A DNA stretch of 64,000 nucleotides from Clostridia bacterium (lineage in GTDB: Bacteria > Bacillota > Clostridia > Oscillospirales > CAG-272): NCBI GenBank assembly GCA_017621695.1, contig JAGASP010000127.1, forward strand, positions 2,681 to 66,680, in the 5' to 3' direction. This document shows positions 47,001 through 54,651 of this stretch, piece by piece. The notes under the pieces are model-generated. The model did no database searches. It had not been told where the DNA came from and saw only the letters and a program-made list of their open reading frames with translations. Position 1 is the stretch's first letter, and each line of letters opens with the position of its first letter. A program made the translations under genes and the position numbers.

Positions 47001-48330
47001 GGGTGACGGTATAGATACCGTCCGCGAGAGTCACCTCTAGCCTGCCGCTGTTCTCGTGGGGCAGGAGGATGAAGCCCAGGATACCCGCGTCTTTTACGTC
47101 AAAGGCCAAATACTCGCAGGTGGCGAAGTCCACGTCCTCAAGGGAATCGTGCGTCCCCTTGGCGTCCTTGACTACCAGCTTGGCCACCTTGTCGGCGGGG
47201 ATATCGGTCACCATACCCAGGGCTTCGATGCCCGAGACCTCCTGGGTGGCAACGAAGTGAAGCACCTGGTTCATCTTGTCGGAGTAGGTGTGGAAGGTGC
47301 GGTCCAAAAGGAGCGCGGGCGCCTCGGTGTTGAGCTTGACGGCCTTGATGTCCTTGATCTGGATCTGCTCGCCGTCACTGCCGATGTCGAAGCGCAGGGA
47401 GGTGACTACACCATAGTAGTCCTCCACGGTGTTGACAGCCACGGTGTAGGTGTTCCACTCGCCGTTGGCCTCCAGATCGAAGCGCACCTGCTGCTCGGAG
47501 CTGTGGCCGTTGCGGTCGCCCGCGATGAAGTAGAGGTAGCCCTCGCTGGAGGAGGCGGCCTTCACCGAGAACTGCACGGCGTTGTACTCCTCGGCGGGGA
47601 AGCTGTAGCCCTCCCGCCCCTTGTTGAGAGGGGTATAGACATAGGGATCGACGCCCGTGGCGGTGTAGGTGATGACCCCATCTTTGACCGAGAACTCTCT
47701 CACGTCGTGATTCTTGATGGAGGCTTTATTGATAATGAAATCCATCTCCTTGACCACGCTGGAGCCGCCCATGAAGTTCTGCCCCATGATATGGGTGTCG
47801 TAGTAGTAGTAGCCCATGCGGTAAACGTTGGTATGGGGAGCGGCGGTGGACTGGGAGGCCATGTAGGTCTTGCCGTTCTCCATGCGGATGAAAACGTCCA
47901 TGGTGTTCTCCAGATAGACCTTACCGTCGGGGGTGGTCAGGGAGGTCACCAGATTATCCTTGGAGGAGGAGAGGGCGTACTCCAGGGACATATTTTGGTT
48001 CTCGATGCGGTAATGTGTACGGCGGGGGTTCCCGTAGTAGGCCTGCACGCCGTTTGAAAGGCGGTTTGACAGCATGATGGTGTCGGCGTAGGGGCCGGTA
48101 ATCACAGGCTCAACGTACGTATCGTTACCTTCGGTTTCTTTCTCGGTTTCAGCAGAAGTTTCTCCTTCGGGTACCTCGTTGGTATCTGTGATGCCCTCGC
48201 TATTGGGGGAAGTCGTGTCGGGCGTGCTTGTTTGTTCGGAAGACGCATCTTCGCTCTTGCAAGATGTGAGCAAACCGCACATCATGAGAGAAAGGCAAAG
48301 TGTTGTCAGTAAAAAATGCTTCAGCTTCAT
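44038..48330 (-). CDS. 1430-aa surface lipoprotein, function unknown
   Basis: Signal/lipobox MKLKHFLLTTLCLSLMMCGLLTSC with SD AAAGGAA. A Ser/Thr/Glu-rich linker is followed by beta-rich sequence with no catalytic motif I recognise. It contains modules similar to one in the 23831-26398 lipoprotein. Confidence 0.75.
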   Translation of the reverse strand: MKLKHFLLTTLCLSLMMCGLLTSCKSEDASSEQTSTPDTTSPNSEGITDTNEVPEGETSAETEKETEGNDTYVEPVITGPYADTIMLSNRLSNGVQAYYGNPRRTHYRIENQNMSLEYALSSSKDNLVTSLTTPDGKVYLENTMDVFIRMENGKTYMASQSTAAPHTNVYRMGYYYYDTHIMGQNFMGGSSVVKEMDFIINKASIKNHDVREFSVKDGVITYTATGVDPYVYTPLNKGREGYSFPAEEYNAVQFSVKAASSSEGYLYFIAGDRNGHSSEQQVRFDLEANGEWNTYTVAVNTVEDYYGVVTSLRFDIGSDGEQIQIKDIKAVKLNTEAPALLLDRTFHTYSDKMNQVLHFVATQEVSGIEALGMVTDIPADKVAKLVVKDAKGTHDSLEDVDFATCEYLAFDVKDAGILGFILLPHENSGRLEVTLADGIYTVTQTAKPEGGVIHFDPNTTADDFYMGHRLYTDQTHDFTDFLREAEFERHPLETVSGSSYAGYDVLRGAYRFNIGGTGFNEPFFTEQNRHYTSDVTVQGGESDRTIYAYTYATSGCCENALILDKNDMLLPIPVMIYKNFKGENEEPVFDPGDPSYSESYFPVSVKAGSTTELTVLNLYMNWGLVPLKQLSSIQFFWPYYHLSLGTTETSCISPLYGARDLWTLPDFRSMSMPYWFELPEGEGYSNQPQHTHGGYQYFLQYTDKDGGYAATENYQNTILSSGPVYTDVKMDYISDDGRIKVSYNHLEMPETDELRAYYEIHYEVLEDISIADFSHDFSFYSLEGYAGKYQKIGYLGEGNQIIHGNTNMKAVPEVLKLGDLFPYVALYDLGNAASGWEKNNVNLGFMIYDSDFTIGGQKCDADFVMVGANAKYSLSLDLDAVTLKKGDTMKLCLVISPWGFYDSTDDSNMQKIRENTCLNGLKLTVQDGEAMESVYLPKVKSLNGKSAEFTVSGGVSYKAVRVYGFEKLTAPTVYEKVDGKWIELMVNSSKTPDKKGHAHYYDGYTVYYDRNGTYSYAFAFNMDGVESRTFKIVADADFAGWPSSEEDILTNSMNVYHEAEVLYQAAKTSNFPGKAELSEDKTYVRLYGPGDAASEAFFQAYSNSDISPTGQYLAVKYRLPKENAEAVQFEFFTSTEHSDAHAGDSFHVNELIADGNWHVLLVDVADQHLPTFAPDSSGSYTALHVRFDVFNVTTSPETYVDIAYLGLADSLEDICRLNTKGVGEIYKGGAIAGTIDFSTGEAPEADDSTSPGYYVDPNSGWTVSDVRYASMIDFINGNGDGDGPYNSRGTNSDKPLDFIDYKNATVDGGKLALAGWAIAEGGIDKYMWTADGGKTWNECTLYNRGGFSDVTGNPGIHDSAKHFFSSTGYDVATHPDKIVFQGTEGAPSGVCADLSAYSGKTIDVVFALVPNEDSDGLCIMAVIRNVEVQS

Positions 48331-48406
48331 AATGGTAAATTCCTTTACAGAATAATAAATTTTACATGTAACTTTCAGATTTATGGATATACAAGGTACA
48401 CCATTT

Positions 48407-50986
48407 TCAGCTTAGCGATCCGTCGCCGCGCTTTACGGTCAGATCATCAAATATTGCGGTGCAATCATGTGTACGAACGCCCACCATCCCCTGCATGAAG
48501 GGCTCGGGGTCGGTATAGGTTATGTAAAGCGTTTCGTTCACAAAAACACGGATCGTCGCACCCTGACATTCGACCTTGAGCGTGTATGTCTCGTCGGAGA
48601 GGAAGCTTCCTTTGGCGCGTGCAACCTCACGGTAGCTATAGCTCTGCTTGCCAATGATCACACCATCGGAAGAAAGCCCAATGAAGTAACCCATGACCCA
48701 ATCCGTAGCGGCCCTGGCATCCGCATCGGTTGCTACCGTACCCAAAAAATTGGGTGAGCCGGGATTGGTGGCGCGTACCAGAAGACCGCAGTTGGGGGAG
48801 GATTGGGGTGTGATCTTAACCTCTGCGGTGTAGTCACCCATGTTGGGAGAGCCGTACAGACGCTTACCGAAGGCGGTGTTGGAAGACATGGACAAAGCAC
48901 CGTCTTTGATCTGCCATGCTCCGTCCGAGTAACGGTGGCCGTCTCTGCCGCTTTCGTAATCCCGTGAAATTTCTTCAAAGGCAGCGGCTTTCAGCATACA
49001 CAGCCGTTCTACCGACACGCTTCCATTCCATTTGAGCGAAAGGAGGTGCTGTCCCTCGGTCAACTCAATGTTGCGGAGGATCAGGGTGGCCGTACCGTTT
49101 TCTGTCGGGGAGAGCGCACCTGTAGCAACTTGCTTTCCGTCCACCAGCAATTCCATAGTCATTCCATCGGAGGGGATGCCGTGACAAAGGACGGACAAAT
49201 CATATGCGCCGTTTTGCGCTGCCAGTATGCGGTAAGTAAGGGTGTCGCCATCCTTGACTTCTACGGATTTTCTTCCCCCACGCAGCGTGACGGTTTCAAA
49301 TGCTTCCATGGCGTCGGTCGCGGGGATCACGCTTACCTGTTCAGACACGGTCTTGAACTGATTTGCTCCGCCGTGGCCGCCTACGGCCTGTGTTCCGCCA
49401 ATGAATCCGAAGGATGCCTCAGCGCCCTTTGTGATATAGCCGATAGAGCCGCCTGTGAGTGCGCTGTCTCGGATGACACACAGGAGGCGGTCATTCATAT
49501 AGAAGGTGTAGTCTCTGCCGCTGCGCTCGATCTGGAGGGCTTGGAGACAGTCAAAGCGAGTGTCCTCACCGAAGGAGCGGATGGTATCTACCTCGGTACG
49601 GGTGGTTTGTCCCGATACCGTGATCTCGATGATGACCTTCTGATCGTAGGGAGAGAAGTAACACGCGCCGAAGTTTTGGGGATCGGTATATGCGAAAAGC
49701 GCTCCTGCCTCTCCGCCTTCGGCAATCGATGTGACATTATATTCTGCGGTGAAGTTGCCTTCGAAAGGCGTTTTGGCATACAGCATACTGTCGGCACTCA
49801 GAGAAAGCCCGTTTCTCCCCGTACCCAGCGAGCCCTGCAAGGACCAGCCTTTCAGTGATGCGCTCGGCTCAAAGCGGTGGTACACATCGGGAAGATCCGG
49901 AACCTGCTGCGGATCCGTCGTAGGGCCGAGGATCTCCATGCGGTCACCGTTGAACCAGATGCGGTCGATGTTCATATTTCTGTTGGGCAATGTATCGACC
50001 AGAGAGTGATACACAATATAATAGCTATCCAAGTCGGGCCCCTTGACCGTAGAGCTGTGACCGATACCGAATACAGTGTCTTCGGTGCTGATGAGCAGAG
50101 GATTATGGTCGGATGCCCGATCAAAGTCCAGGGGAGAATGGTTTGAGACTCCGTAGAGGATGCGGTAGGAGGGGCTGAGCACGTGGTTACCTGTGTAGGT
50201 CATGTAGTAGTAGCCGTCATGGTAGACAACCATCCCGCCTTCGGTCCAACCGCCGTTTACTGAGATCGAAGGAAGGGAGCGTCCGTTTCGCATCTGCGTG
50301 GGCTTGGCCATGTCATAGACCTGCATGGCACCGCCGCCCGCATTGTAGAAGTACCATTTACCGTCGTTATCCACGAAAACCGAGCCGTCTATGGTCATAC
50401 CCATATTGGGGGTTACTACCTTAAAGCCTTTGGTGGGGGAGGTGCTGCGCAGGACGTAATGTCCGTTGCCCGCAGGGGAGGTATACATATAAAAATAACC
50501 GTTGTAGTAGTAGACCTCAGGCGCGTAGGCGCCACGGGTGAGGGGATCTCCTGTGCAGAAGCCTTCGTATTCCCAATTCACGAGATCCAAGGAGGACCAA
50601 CACTTGATGCCTGTACTGCCGTCCTTGGTGCTGCAATACAGGTAGTAGACTCCGTTGTGTCGCATGACAAAAGGATCACCAAAGCCGTAGCTCGGCCATG
50701 CTTGCTCGGTCGCGGCTGATAGAATGGGATTTTGGTAAGTAGATATAGGCTCTATCATAGATTCTCCTTCGGTTTCATATGAGGGAGGGGAGGGAACTGT
50801 CTCGACTTCACGGGTGTCCGTTTCTGTAAACGTATCAGGCTCGGTTATCATTTCTGATTCGGAGACGGTTTGTTGCTCGATGGCGGATTGTGTTTCGGTG
50901 TTTATGTTTGATGCTTCCGATCGGCAAGATGCCAAAGCAGAAAGCAACAGAAAAAAGGCAGAAAGAAAGCATAGTCGTTTTACCAT
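48407..50986 (-). CDS. GH43-family glycoside hydrolase lipoprotein with C-terminal LamG-like domains
   Basis: Start moved to ATG 50986 (MVKRLCFLSAFFLLLSALASC lipobox). Five-bladed-propeller motifs: GFGDPFVMRHNGVYYLYCST, GAYAPEVYYYNGYFYMYTS, TIDGSVFVDNDGKWYFY and GWTEGGMVVYHDGYYYMTYTG. The C-terminus ...TYTLKVECQGATIRVFVNETLYITYTD... is LamG-like. Confidence 0.85.
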   Translation of the reverse strand: MVKRLCFLSAFFLLLSALASCRSEASNINTETQSAIEQQTVSESEMITEPDTFTETDTREVETVPSPPSYETEGESMIEPISTYQNPILSAATEQAWPSYGFGDPFVMRHNGVYYLYCSTKDGSTGIKCWSSLDLVNWEYEGFCTGDPLTRGAYAPEVYYYNGYFYMYTSPAGNGHYVLRSTSPTKGFKVVTPNMGMTIDGSVFVDNDGKWYFYNAGGGAMQVYDMAKPTQMRNGRSLPSISVNGGWTEGGMVVYHDGYYYMTYTGNHVLSPSYRILYGVSNHSPLDFDRASDHNPLLISTEDTVFGIGHSSTVKGPDLDSYYIVYHSLVDTLPNRNMNIDRIWFNGDRMEILGPTTDPQQVPDLPDVYHRFEPSASLKGWSLQGSLGTGRNGLSLSADSMLYAKTPFEGNFTAEYNVTSIAEGGEAGALFAYTDPQNFGACYFSPYDQKVIIEITVSGQTTRTEVDTIRSFGEDTRFDCLQALQIERSGRDYTFYMNDRLLCVIRDSALTGGSIGYITKGAEASFGFIGGTQAVGGHGGANQFKTVSEQVSVIPATDAMEAFETVTLRGGRKSVEVKDGDTLTYRILAAQNGAYDLSVLCHGIPSDGMTMELLVDGKQVATGALSPTENGTATLILRNIELTEGQHLLSLKWNGSVSVERLCMLKAAAFEEISRDYESGRDGHRYSDGAWQIKDGALSMSSNTAFGKRLYGSPNMGDYTAEVKITPQSSPNCGLLVRATNPGSPNFLGTVATDADARAATDWVMGYFIGLSSDGVIIGKQSYSYREVARAKGSFLSDETYTLKVECQGATIRVFVNETLYITYTDPEPFMQGMVGVRTHDCTAIFDDLTVKRGDGSLS

Positions 50987-51026
50987 ATAAAATACCAAAC
51001 CTTTCTGTTGGTGAAGCTTTTTATTT

Positions 51027-51055
51027 ATTATACCATATTTACCAAAAATAAGCAA
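51027..51055 (-). promoter_or_regulatory. Sigma-A-type promoter of the GH43 gene
   Basis: Minus strand reads TTGCTT (51055-51050), a 17-nt spacer, then TATAAT (51032-51027). Confidence 0.55.
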
Positions 51056-51074
51056 CTGTTTTTAATAATTTTGG

Positions 51075-51103
51075 TTGACATAAACATGGTTTTATGGTAT
51101 AAT
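51075..51103 (+). promoter_or_regulatory. Sigma-A-type promoter of the LamG-like lipoprotein gene
   Basis: TTGACA (51075-51080), a 17-nt spacer, then TATAAT (51098-51103). It is divergent from the GH43 promoter. Confidence 0.7.
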
Positions 51104-51182
51104 ATCCCTGTTCCAACGGAAAATCTCCCTTTTCCTGTTTGTACATTTCAAAAATTAACCCACACGATTATGGAGGAAAACT

Positions 51183-52067
51183 ATGAAACGAATTCTCTTT
51201 TTGATGCTGACTCTGCTTTTGATTACGGTTGTTGCTGTTTCCTGCGACTCCAAGGCTCCCGCTTCTGAAACCACCGGCGGAACCGATACGGTTGCAACGG
51301 CTGCACCCGAAACTGAAAGCTCCACAAAGGCTCCCGCTGAAACCCCCACCGAAGCTGATACCGAAGCTATCACCGAGGTGGTTACTGATGCTTTCACCGA
51401 AGCTTCTTCCGAGTCCGTAGAAGAAGAGATCACGCTTCCTCCGGCCGATGAAGAAACCGAGCCCGAATGGGGTGATCCCGAGGATGCTCCTTATGAGTCT
51501 GTTGTCAATCCCGTCATCAGCAACGGGACGAATACCCCCCTCAAGGGCTATAATGCTTCGGGAGAATTCAGCTTTGACAAAGGTGACGCATGGTCTACCA
51601 AAGATAATAATATGTTCATCGTTACCAACGACAGATTGCCCAAGGGCAAGATCACCGCCACCTTCGTAGCGCCCGAACAGTATGTCAACGATAACGGTAT
51701 CATTTTCGGAATGATGGAGGATGAGTACGAGCAGTACTATTTCTGGGAGGATGGCCCGACCTACTATTTCCTGTTTGTATCCGATGATGCTAACCTCTAT
51801 TTGGCCAAAGCCTCCAATAACGGTAATCCTTGGACGGAATTGTATATTTCCGAGCCGATCCCCAATTACAAGCACGGGGATGTGATCACCATTTCTGTGG
51901 AGTTTGACGGAGAAGGCTTTATAGATTGCTATGCCAACGGCGAATGGATGATCACCTACTATGACGATGCATGGACGGGCGGTTCTCGTTACGGTATCCG
52001 TTGCGAGGTTCCCGACGTTTGTTACACCGAGGTAGTCGTTGATCCTGATTTCGTATATGAGGAATAA
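51183..52067 (+). CDS. Lipoprotein with concanavalin/LamG-like domain, function unknown
   Basis: SD GGAGGA. Signal/lipobox MKRILFLMLTLLLITVVAVSC. An acidic Thr/Glu/Pro linker follows, then a beta-sandwich-like C-terminus (GIIFGMMEDEYEQYYFWEDGPTYYFLFVSDDANLYLAK...ITISVEFDGEGFIDCYANGEWM). Confidence 0.7.
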   Translation: MKRILFLMLTLLLITVVAVSCDSKAPASETTGGTDTVATAAPETESSTKAPAETPTEADTEAITEVVTDAFTEASSESVEEEITLPPADEETEPEWGDPEDAPYESVVNPVISNGTNTPLKGYNASGEFSFDKGDAWSTKDNNMFIVTNDRLPKGKITATFVAPEQYVNDNGIIFGMMEDEYEQYYFWEDGPTYYFLFVSDDANLYLAKASNNGNPWTELYISEPIPNYKHGDVITISVEFDGEGFIDCYANGEWMITYYDDAWTGGSRYGIRCEVPDVCYTEVVVDPDFVYEE

Positions 52068-52083
52068 TGAAATTACCTAACTG

Positions 52084-52127
52084 AAAAGGGTATTCCGTGT
52101 ACAATGTGTACGCGGAATACCCTTTTT
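52084..52127. terminator. Bidirectional terminator hairpin
   Basis: GGGTATTCCGTGTAC (52088-52102) pairs with GTACGCGGAATACCC (52108-52122) in 14 of 15 positions, flanked by an A-run and a T-run. Confidence 0.7.
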
Positions 52128-52132
52128 ATGTT

Positions 52133-52373
52133 TCAGGATTCGATTTCGATGGGAAACCACACCTCTGACTCAGGTCGGCCAAAGTAGGGAGTTCCGTCGT
52201 CTTCAAAGATCACAGGAGCGATCCAGACGGAGCGTCCGTCCCACCCCGTGTCAGAGACTTGATTACCGTGATAGATCCATAGGTGCGTCCGATGACGTTG
52301 CGTTCTGACAGGCAACGGTGGCGCCTAACAGAAGAAAAAGACAGAGAAGTAAAGTAAGTCGCTTATGAGTCAT
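52133..52373 (-). pseudogene. Remnant of a GH43-like lipoprotein gene (signal peptide fused out of frame to the last ~45 codons)
   Basis: ATG 52373 (AGGAGA upstream) opens MTHKRLTLLLCLFLLLGATVACQNATSSDAPMDLSR-stop (52373-52263). In another frame, ORF 52315-52133 ends ...YHGNQVSDTGWDGRSVWIAPVIFEDDGTPYFGRPESEVWFPIEIES, which matches the final-blade pattern of GH43 proteins. Confidence 0.6.
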
Positions 52374-52435
52374 GCGTGGTCTCCTGATTTATGCACATCG
52401 TAAGGGAATTGCAGAACAGACAGACCGTGCAAGTA

Positions 52436-54412
52436 TTATTCTGCATCTGCGGAAGTAAACCCATCTACCACGGCATTGGCCATGACTTCTTCAGGCGTCA
52501 ACGCACGCTCATAGAAGCGCACAGAACGGTAGGTGGTGTCGAACTGCTTATTGGCAGCGGCGTGTCCGATGAAGAGGTCCGACGCGCCCAAGGAGCCGTT
52601 GATGGTGGGCGTCTCTCCCTTCAGCTCACCGTTGACGTACAGGCGAACCACGTCATTCTGGGCGTAGGTAATGGTGATCAGACTGTTCTGCAGCAGATTC
52701 AGGCAGTCCTTGACCTTGATGCGGACACCGGCGTTGATCTGGAACTTCAGCTCCAGCTCATCCACGGAATTGCGGCGGAACAGGGCGATCTCATCGCCCG
52801 AGCCGTTGATGAAGGTGTTGAACTCATTGCCTACCGAAACAAAATCACCCAACAGGATCTCAATGGTGAAGGCCTGGCCGTTGACTGTGTCCACGATGGC
52901 ATCGGGGAAGTTATGCTTGGAGCCCTTGGTCCGCAGACCCGTATCGGAGAAGTAGTTGTCGTTGTTCTTGGTAATGGTCATGTCGTGACCACCTACCAGA
53001 TCCTCCCATTCGGCGGAATCCTTGTTGTGACCGTCGCGAGTGTTCTGTTTTCCGCTGTAATAAGCTACCAGACCGTCCTTTACGTAGTCATGCTCCACGG
53101 GAATGATCTCCTCGGGATCATCGGTTTCCTCAGGAGGAAGATCAGGGCGTTCGGGAACGATATAGGGAAATTCGATTTTCATACCGTCAATCATACGATC
53201 CCATGCCTTTACACTGGTGTTGGCACCGGGATATCTGGCGTACAGGCAGGATACGATGTCGTATTCGCTGGCCGTCAGGAAGCTTTCGCCGTACAGCCAT
53301 GTTCTGACCTCGTCGATCTGATAAGTCTGATTGGCGTTTTTCCATACCCAGATAGGTGTGGGCCACAGGTGTACGTCGGCATCGATGGCATAGTACACGT
53401 CCTTATTGACTCCCGCCTGTCCGTGATGTGCCATCTGCACAATATCGCTCTTCAGTTTTTCACCGTAGGTTTTCAGCAAGCGGCGACCGCCGATGCTACC
53501 CAAGTCGTTGAGGAACAGCACACTTTGCTCACCGATCCACGCACGCAGGACAAGGGAGGTGTCGTTGAGGTTAGACGTACCGTCTGCCGGATCCCATGTC
53601 TGCAAAACTTCGATTTTTACCCCGTCGATCTCAAAAGAAAGACCCTTGGAAACGGCCTCTGCATTGATGACCGCGCCGTTGATATCATCGTAGTAGGTGG
53701 AGCCGTCCTTGATTTCAGCACCGATGGCTGCGCCGTATTTGTTGATGTTTTCTTTGATTTGAGAGATCTCCATATCGCCGTTCTGAGCAGAGTATTCCGC
53801 ACTACCGAACTCGGGGAAATCGAAGTAGATATGATTGATCTTGTAATTGGAGTCAGCGGAGTAGTCCCGTAGCATTTTGGACAGCTCGTACATATGATCC
53901 TTGTGGGCATGGGAGAGGAACCAGGCCTCTACCTCAAAATATTCCCCATCTTCAAGGCCCAGAATGGCGCGCAGGGCAGAGGGCATATAGGGATCGCGAT
54001 CCTTACCTTCGCCGTCAATACCGCCGTCAATGACGATGAGCTTGCCATTTGTGGTCTTTATGACGTAGGACTGCATCAAGCTGTTGACCTCAGGTGCAAG
54101 CTGATACAGGGCAACAGCCGCAGGCTCGGTGGGCTCTTCCGGTGCCTCCGTCGTAGCTTCCTCGGTGGGAGGTGTGGATGCTTCTGTTTCCGCAAGGCTC
54201 GTTACTTCTTCGGAATCCGATTCAGACGGATCTGTGTCGGCAGGAATCGTTTCTTTATCAGCCGTTTCCGTGGGCTCCGATTCGGAAATCTGTGTCTCGC
54301 CGGCTTGGGTCGAAGTGTCCGCAGATGATTCGAGCGGTTCGTTTTGTGTGCAAGCAAACAGGAGCACACACATCAAAATGGGCAGGAGGGCAATCAATAA
54401 TTTTCTCATCAT
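52436..54412 (-). CDS. Lipoprotein fusing a metallo-beta-lactamase-fold domain to a C-terminal LamG (Laminin_G_3-like) domain
   Basis: Signal/lipobox MMRKLLIALLPILMCVLLFAC. MBL motif WFLSHAHKDH, later MAHHGQ. C-terminal pattern AFTIEILLGDF...DEIALFRRNSVDELELKFQ...LITITYAQNDVVRLYVNGELKGE...DLFIGH...RSVRFYERALTPEEV. Confidence 0.75.
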   Translation of the reverse strand: MMRKLLIALLPILMCVLLFACTQNEPLESSADTSTQAGETQISESEPTETADKETIPADTDPSESDSEEVTSLAETEASTPPTEEATTEAPEEPTEPAAVALYQLAPEVNSLMQSYVIKTTNGKLIVIDGGIDGEGKDRDPYMPSALRAILGLEDGEYFEVEAWFLSHAHKDHMYELSKMLRDYSADSNYKINHIYFDFPEFGSAEYSAQNGDMEISQIKENINKYGAAIGAEIKDGSTYYDDINGAVINAEAVSKGLSFEIDGVKIEVLQTWDPADGTSNLNDTSLVLRAWIGEQSVLFLNDLGSIGGRRLLKTYGEKLKSDIVQMAHHGQAGVNKDVYYAIDADVHLWPTPIWVWKNANQTYQIDEVRTWLYGESFLTASEYDIVSCLYARYPGANTSVKAWDRMIDGMKIEFPYIVPERPDLPPEETDDPEEIIPVEHDYVKDGLVAYYSGKQNTRDGHNKDSAEWEDLVGGHDMTITKNNDNYFSDTGLRTKGSKHNFPDAIVDTVNGQAFTIEILLGDFVSVGNEFNTFINGSGDEIALFRRNSVDELELKFQINAGVRIKVKDCLNLLQNSLITITYAQNDVVRLYVNGELKGETPTINGSLGASDLFIGHAAANKQFDTTYRSVRFYERALTPEEVMANAVVDGFTSADAE

Positions 54413-54567
54413 TTGTCCATGACCTCTTTTCTTTTCAAACTCGTCTATCCAAAGGGAAGACTACTGATTGTGTCCATTGTACCATAGATTCGAAGTTGAT
54501 CTGTGAATAAGTTGTTAATTTTGAACAATCGGTCAAAGAAACATCCAGCAAATTATCAAATAATTTG

Positions 54568-54596
54568 TTGACAAGCATATGGCGATGTGCTATAAT
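54568..54596 (+). promoter_or_regulatory. Sigma-A-type promoter
   Basis: TTGACA (54568-54573), a 17-nt spacer, then TATAAT (54591-54596). Confidence 0.7.
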
Positions 54597-54651
54597 TGAC
54601 ACGTAGTCACAATGTATTGTACCGTCGCATGACGGTGGAATGGAGATGAAA

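Noticed and set aside
44188-48057. Three long plus-strand ORFs (44188-45507, 45922-47040, 47056-48057)
   Set aside because: All are antisense shadows inside the 1430-aa lipoprotein gene. Their translations are Gly/Val/His/Leu-rich and low in complexity.
52391-53872. 493-aa plus-strand ORF (and the similar 55276-56658 minus-strand ORF)
   Set aside because: They are antisense to the MBL-LamG lipoprotein gene and to the stalk/barrel lipoprotein gene respectively. The sense genes carry the recognisable motifs.
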